Both the position numbers and the translations under genes were made by a program. This document shows, in pieces, positions 59,050-64,000 of a stretch of 64,000 nt of DNA. This stretch comes from Nitrosopumilaceae archaeon (GTDB taxonomy: Archaea > Thermoproteota > Nitrososphaeria > Nitrososphaerales > Nitrosopumilaceae), in the NCBI GenBank assembly GCA_965207375.1, contig OZ242274.1, forward strand, positions 160,001 to 224,000, in the 5' to 3' direction. A model generated the notes under the pieces. The model was not told where the DNA came from, made no database searches, and saw nothing but the letters and a program-made list of their open reading frames with translations. The number at the start of each line of letters is the position of its first letter. Position 1 is the stretch's first letter.

Positions 59050-59970
59050 ATGGCAAAAAATTCAAGATATATTATCGCCTTTGCAGCAAGTGACGGAAAT
59101 GTCTTGTGCACTAGTGTCCTAATGGACATTTACAGTGCAGAAGCCATCAGAGAGATACGCAGCATATTTGCTGAGAGAATGATGGCAGACTATGCATTAA
59201 TCTGGAGGTATGACGGTACTCCAATCACCAAAACCGAACAGACCAAAGTTGCAAAATGCATGCGCGAAGCTGTAACGCCTGGTTGGACTCTTAAATCTGA
59301 TACCAGTGTAATACGCGGAGGCAAATTCGGGAGAAAGTACGTTGATTCTGAATTATGCATGGTTGTACAGTGGAACGGACTGTTGCTACCTTACAAATAT
59401 TCTCACTGGAGCGACTTTATGTACCAGTGCCGTATAGATGCACAGCAAATGATACAATCCAACATGATAGGTCTAGAAAACATGAAAGACTTGTCGTCTT
59501 ATGATGCCCAAACTCAACGAGAGGCTGATCCTGGATACCTAACACAGGTAGAGGACCATGTAACCCGGAACGGCACAGCTACTGAGTCACAGCTTCCTTA
59601 CTTTGATGATAAAGTGATGCGTCAATGCACCAAGCTCATACAAAAAGGCAACAGCAGGGACATATTTGTGATCCTAGCAGATGCCTGTGACATACCACTT
59701 CCCAAGATTAGTACAGACATAGGCAAACATCCCCTAGCTTATGCGTTTTATGACACTACACAGCGTACCATAGTATATGCTCCAGAAACTGTTGTAAGCA
59801 TGGAGCAGGCAATATTGGGTGTCATGGCGGGGTTTTTCAGATACATGGCACAATACTATGGGTGGAGGTTCTATGATGACCCTACTAGCAGTCTGAATTA
59901 TGAGCTAGATATATCATCAGACTTTGCAACGTCGATTACAGACGCACTATTGTCTTCTATCAAAGGATGA
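59050..59970 (+). CDS. Hypothetical protein
   Basis: 306-aa ORF; no motif recognised. Confidence 0.65.
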   Translation: MAKNSRYIIAFAASDGNVLCTSVLMDIYSAEAIREIRSIFAERMMADYALIWRYDGTPITKTEQTKVAKCMREAVTPGWTLKSDTSVIRGGKFGRKYVDSELCMVVQWNGLLLPYKYSHWSDFMYQCRIDAQQMIQSNMIGLENMKDLSSYDAQTQREADPGYLTQVEDHVTRNGTATESQLPYFDDKVMRQCTKLIQKGNSRDIFVILADACDIPLPKISTDIGKHPLAYAFYDTTQRTIVYAPETVVSMEQAILGVMAGFFRYMAQYYGWRFYDDPTSSLNYELDISSDFATSITDALLSSIKG

Positions 59971-60126
59971 TTCCTAGATATATCTGTACAATACGCGCAA
60001 TCTCTGTAAATCTGAGATATGGCTCTGATACATTGCAATATTTCTAGTGACCTCTGATACGCCTGCAAAGCCCGGCAAAAATTATAAATTTTCTTCCTTG
60101 TAGATTCTAAAATGTAGGTACAAACT

Positions 60127-61113
60127 ATGAACCAAGAAATCAACGAATTAACCGACACTGCAGCCAACTTTTCAAGCTCCCTACAAAAATTATCTGCAGA
60201 AATTAAAACTGTAATTGTAGGCCAGGACAAAATTGTTGAAAAATTACTTGTTGCCTTGCTATCACAAGGCCATGTCCTACTAGAGGGTGTTCCAGGACTT
60301 GCAAAAACCCTGTTAATTAGAACAGTATCTGGATGCATTGATTCAAAATTTGTAAGACTGCAATTTACCCCAGATCTACTTCCTGCCGATATTCTTGGAA
60401 CAAAAATCTATGATCATAATTCTTCTTCCTTTACTACAATCAAGGGCCCAATCTTTTCAAATTTCATACTAGCCGATGAGATAAACAGAGCTCCTCCAAA
60501 GGTTCAATCTGCACTACTTGAGGCAATGCAGGAACACCAAGTTAGCATTCAAGGTGATACACACATTTTACAAAAACCATTCTTTGTAATGGCCACTCAA
60601 AATCCAATAGAATCCGAAGGCACCTATAAACTGCCTGAAGCACAAATAGACAGATTCATGTTCAAACTCTTAATCTCATACCCTACCAAAAAACAAGAAT
60701 TCGAAATTATTCACAGGTTCACATCTGGCATGTCCCATAACACATCAAAAATTCTTTCAACATCTGACCTGTTACAAATGCAAAACTTTGTGCCAAAAAT
60801 TTATGCAGACGAAAAGATCCACTATTATATTGCAGATATTGTTGATGCGACGCGAAATCCTGCCTCCTATGACCTTGCAATATCAGACAAAATAGAGTTT
60901 GGTGCATCTCCTAGAGCATCAATATGGCTAACCATCGGGGCCAAGGCAAACGCCCTTTTGAATGGACGAGGATACGTAATACCACAAGATGTCCAAGATA
61001 CAGTACATGATGTTTTAAGACACAGAATCTTACTTACCTATGAGGCCGAATCCGAAGATATCACCTCTGACGATCTTCTTACGCAAATTCTTGACAAAAT
61101 AACGATTCCATAA
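60127..61113 (+). CDS. moxR: MoxR-family AAA+ ATPase
   Basis: LEGVPGLAKT, QFTPDLLPAD, DEINRAPPKVQSALLEAM. Confidence 0.95.
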   Translation: MNQEINELTDTAANFSSSLQKLSAEIKTVIVGQDKIVEKLLVALLSQGHVLLEGVPGLAKTLLIRTVSGCIDSKFVRLQFTPDLLPADILGTKIYDHNSSSFTTIKGPIFSNFILADEINRAPPKVQSALLEAMQEHQVSIQGDTHILQKPFFVMATQNPIESEGTYKLPEAQIDRFMFKLLISYPTKKQEFEIIHRFTSGMSHNTSKILSTSDLLQMQNFVPKIYADEKIHYYIADIVDATRNPASYDLAISDKIEFGASPRASIWLTIGAKANALLNGRGYVIPQDVQDTVHDVLRHRILLTYEAESEDITSDDLLTQILDKITIP

Positions 61114-61129
61114 ATTCTGGTGATACATT

Positions 61130-61993
61130 ATAAACAAAGAAATCCTACAACAGGTAAAAAAATTAGAAATCTCAACACGGCATCTTGTTGACGGACTGTT
61201 GTCTGGAAATTACAACTCTATCTTTAAGGGAGCAGGAATTGATTTTTCTGAAATCCGCGATTATAGGCCAGGTGATGACATTCGGGCAATTGACTGGAAG
61301 GTCACTGCTCGATTTAATCATCCTTATATCAGGGAGTTTATAGAGGAGCGTGATTTACACGTCTATTTTGTAATTGACCTGTCTGCATCATCTAGTTTTG
61401 GTACAAACACTTCAAAACAAAACACATCACTATACCTTGTTGCAAGCCTGATGTTTGCCGCCCTGAGAAATCATGATAAGATAGGTTCGTTTTTAGTTAC
61501 TGATTCGGTTGAAAAATTCATTCCTGCTCGTATCGGAAGACGGCATCTGCTATACTCTTTGAGTACTATTGCCTCTTTTACCCCTAGTTGTGCACACACC
61601 AATCTTGAAGCTGCACTAGTTACCGTCTTTAAAACAATAAAGTCAAAAAGTGTCATCTTTGTAATTTCAGATTTTATCGATGACAGCCGATTTCTCAAAC
61701 CCCTCAAAATCTTGAGAAAAAAACACGACGTAATTGCTATAAAAATATCTGATTATAGAGAAAGGCACATACCTGATGTAGGTCTAATTGAGCTAGAAGA
61801 CGAAGAAACCGGAGAGCAGGTCCTTGTTGATACCTCCAATGAACAATTTCGCAATTCCTATTATACCCTAATTGACAACAACGAGAAGAAACTAGTATCT
61901 GATTTTAAAAAAATTAAAATCAGTACCGTCTCAATATCGACCGAAGCAGACTATGGAATCATACTGAAAAAATTTTTCAAACAAAGGCGGTAA
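61130..61993 (+). CDS. DUF58 family protein
   Basis: IRDYRPGDDIRAIDWKVTAR; frame is open back to 61124 after SD-like GGTGA. Confidence 0.88.
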   Translation: MNKEILQQVKKLEISTRHLVDGLLSGNYNSIFKGAGIDFSEIRDYRPGDDIRAIDWKVTARFNHPYIREFIEERDLHVYFVIDLSASSSFGTNTSKQNTSLYLVASLMFAALRNHDKIGSFLVTDSVEKFIPARIGRRHLLYSLSTIASFTPSCAHTNLEAALVTVFKTIKSKSVIFVISDFIDDSRFLKPLKILRKKHDVIAIKISDYRERHIPDVGLIELEDEETGEQVLVDTSNEQFRNSYYTLIDNNEKKLVSDFKKIKISTVSISTEADYGIILKKFFKQRR

Positions 61994-61999
61994 TGTGTA

Positions 62000-62944
62000 A
62001 TGGCAGGATTTAACAACGAAATTGTTTTATTTTTTCTTTTACTAGTGCCGGGTTTGTTTTTGCTATACCGTACAGTCTTGAGTAAAAGAAAAAAGGCTGC
62101 AATAAAATTCAGCAATGTATCCTATGTCAAATCAGTAATTGGAGGCAAAACCAAAAGAGATTCAGCACTGTTCTATATGTCAATAGGGGTCATAGCTTTG
62201 ATGATACTAGGATTTGCTGATCCATTTGTTCCATTAGAACAAACTAAACAGGGAGTAAATGTGATTTTAGTTCTTGATGTATCAGGCTCGATGCAGGCAA
62301 CTGATTATACTCCAAACAGACTTGAATCTGCAAAAAACTCTGCTAAAATATTGCTAGAGTCATTACACCCAAAGGACAATGCGGGAATAGTCACATTTGA
62401 GACAGGGGCCACCACTGCAGCGTATCTTAGTCCATACAAAGACAGGGTAATAGACAAACTCGAAAACATCTCTCCTAGGGATGGACAGACTGCAATTGGT
62501 GACGGTCTGAGTCTAGGAATAGATATGGCAACCTCTGTTCCAAACAAAAAAAAGGTGGTAATTTTATTAAGTGATGGCGTCAACAATGCAGGCGTAATTA
62601 CACCTAGTGAGGCAATTGCATTTGCAAAATCTAGTGACATTCAAGTGTATACCATCGGATTAGGTTCAGAAGATAGGGTTGTCTTGGGATATGATTTTTT
62701 CGGGCGACCCCAGTATGCAGAACTTGACGAGGCCACTTTGAATACCATAGCTGCACAAACCGGAGGAAAATATTTCAAATCAATAGATTCGCAAACACTT
62801 GATGAGATACACAGAAACATTAGCGATGACATAGAACGCCAAACAGAGAACACCAGTATTCAAGAGTGGCTGTTTGCTGCAGCACTAGGACTATTTTCTG
62901 TGCAGTTGTACATGCGATACGGAAGGGGAAGAATAATCCAATGA
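62000..62944 (+). CDS. VWA domain membrane protein (BatA-like)
   Basis: DVSGSM MIDAS, TAIGDG, LSDG; N- and C-terminal TM segments. Confidence 0.9.
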   Translation: MAGFNNEIVLFFLLLVPGLFLLYRTVLSKRKKAAIKFSNVSYVKSVIGGKTKRDSALFYMSIGVIALMILGFADPFVPLEQTKQGVNVILVLDVSGSMQATDYTPNRLESAKNSAKILLESLHPKDNAGIVTFETGATTAAYLSPYKDRVIDKLENISPRDGQTAIGDGLSLGIDMATSVPNKKKVVILLSDGVNNAGVITPSEAIAFAKSSDIQVYTIGLGSEDRVVLGYDFFGRPQYAELDEATLNTIAAQTGGKYFKSIDSQTLDEIHRNISDDIERQTENTSIQEWLFAAALGLFSVQLYMRYGRGRIIQ

Positions 62945-64000
62945 GGCATATTCTTGTTTTTGTATTGTTTTTATCATTTGTTCCTTTTGCTTTTGCCGAA
63001 CAAATCACTCTGTCTGTAGAGCAATCAGTATATTATTTTACGGTTGGGGAAACTGCTGCAATTCCACTTGAAGTTGATAACAGATACAGCAAATCAATTA
63101 CTGCAATACTACAATATTCAATAACTCAACAAATAACGCAAGGCGGCACACAGATTTCTAGCTCAAACACACAATCATCCACCCTCTTAATTGATGGTGG
63201 CAACAATGTATTGACACTTGATTTTGGAATATCTGATGTTCCTACTAGTTTTACTGTAGATTTGGATCTGTTTTATACTGAAAATGGCGAATTTACAGTA
63301 AGCCTAGATCCTATTACCATACACTTTGTCTTGACAGAATCACAAAAAAATAACCAACAAAACAAAATACAAAGTACGACCATACAAAACCCAAATACAT
63401 CATCGTCCCTAGGGCAGTCTACACCTGACAATTCCTTAGATCCCACGCAGCGTCTGCAAAACAACCAAATTTCTCAAGACAGCTCTGCATTAAGACAGCA
63501 AATTTATGAGCAGTTAGAGCAAGACAACCAGCTAAATCAGCAATTTCAAAATCAGCTTGCAGCAGATGAGAAATTTCAAGAATCTCATCAAAACCTCCTA
63601 GATCAAGGATATGAGATCACCGGCGGCAATCTAAATCCGACATCTGCCTCTACTGGTTCCTTTGAGATTGACTATACCAATGAACAAGGACAATGGGCAA
63701 AAATCCAGGGTCACATGACAAATGGCACATCAAAAATTCAAACCCAGACACAAAGTGATCTAGAACGCATGCTAGATCAACTCAAAGCAGATCCTGCCTA
63801 TACAAAATATCAAGAGCAGCTTTTATCTGAAGGGTTTTTTGAGAATAAAGTCGAATTTGTTCCAGATTTTAACCACACAACTATCGAGGTGCACTATACA
63901 CAAGGCAACCAGTCAGCAATCATCTTTGGTACATTTGAGAACAATGATCTAGTCAGGGTGCATCTGGATAGGGATTCAGATCTGAATTGGCTAGTCTGGA
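62941..64000 (+). CDS. Secreted protein of the moxR-bat operon (partial, runs off window)
   Basis: MRHILVFVLFLSFVPFAFAE signal peptide; ATGA overlap with the VWA gene; frame appears open to the window end. Confidence 0.75.
   Translation, partial: MRHILVFVLFLSFVPFAFAEQITLSVEQSVYYFTVGETAAIPLEVDNRYSKSITAILQYSITQQITQGGTQISSSNTQSSTLLIDGGNNVLTLDFGISDVPTSFTVDLDLFYTENGEFTVSLDPITIHFVLTESQKNNQQNKIQSTTIQNPNTSSSLGQSTPDNSLDPTQRLQNNQISQDSSALRQQIYEQLEQDNQLNQQFQNQLAADEKFQESHQNLLDQGYEITGGNLNPTSASTGSFEIDYTNEQGQWAKIQGHMTNGTSKIQTQTQSDLERMLDQLKADPAYTKYQEQLLSEGFFENKVEFVPDFNHTTIEVHYTQGNQSAIIFGTFENNDLVRVHLDRDSDLNWLVW

Overview
This is an archaeal chromosome segment from an ammonia-oxidising thaumarchaeon of the Nitrosopumilaceae type. 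The assignment rests on nuoA-B-C-D-H-I-J, the 3HP/4HB acetyl/propionyl-CoA carboxylase, RFC-L and a SlaA-type S-layer protein. A host-associated lifestyle is plausible but only inferred. Bases 1-12.5 kb are core genome, followed by tRNA-Asp and tRNA-Lys. An integrated element of about 36.6 kb (13014-49628) sits in the 3' end of tRNA-Lys(TTT). It is bounded by a 20-bp direct repeat and has a tyrosine integrase at its left end. Its cargo includes: a HaeIII-like endonuclease with a Dam-like methylase; a ParB/SNF2/DUF3883 operon; Mrr; a MITE-broken RelE-like toxin-antitoxin pair; three tandem basic 15-aa-repeat proteins; a ~2940-aa S-layer protein with inserted solute-binding, FN3 and Ig domains; an array of secreted coiled-coil/MORN-repeat paralogs; and small and large terminase-like genes with no recognisable capsid or portal gene. 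Right of attR is a second, decayed accessory zone (Ssp-like phosphorothioation remnant, ParB pair, IS66), then a moxR-DUF58-VWA operon. All family assignments come from motif recognition by eye; no database searches were run.
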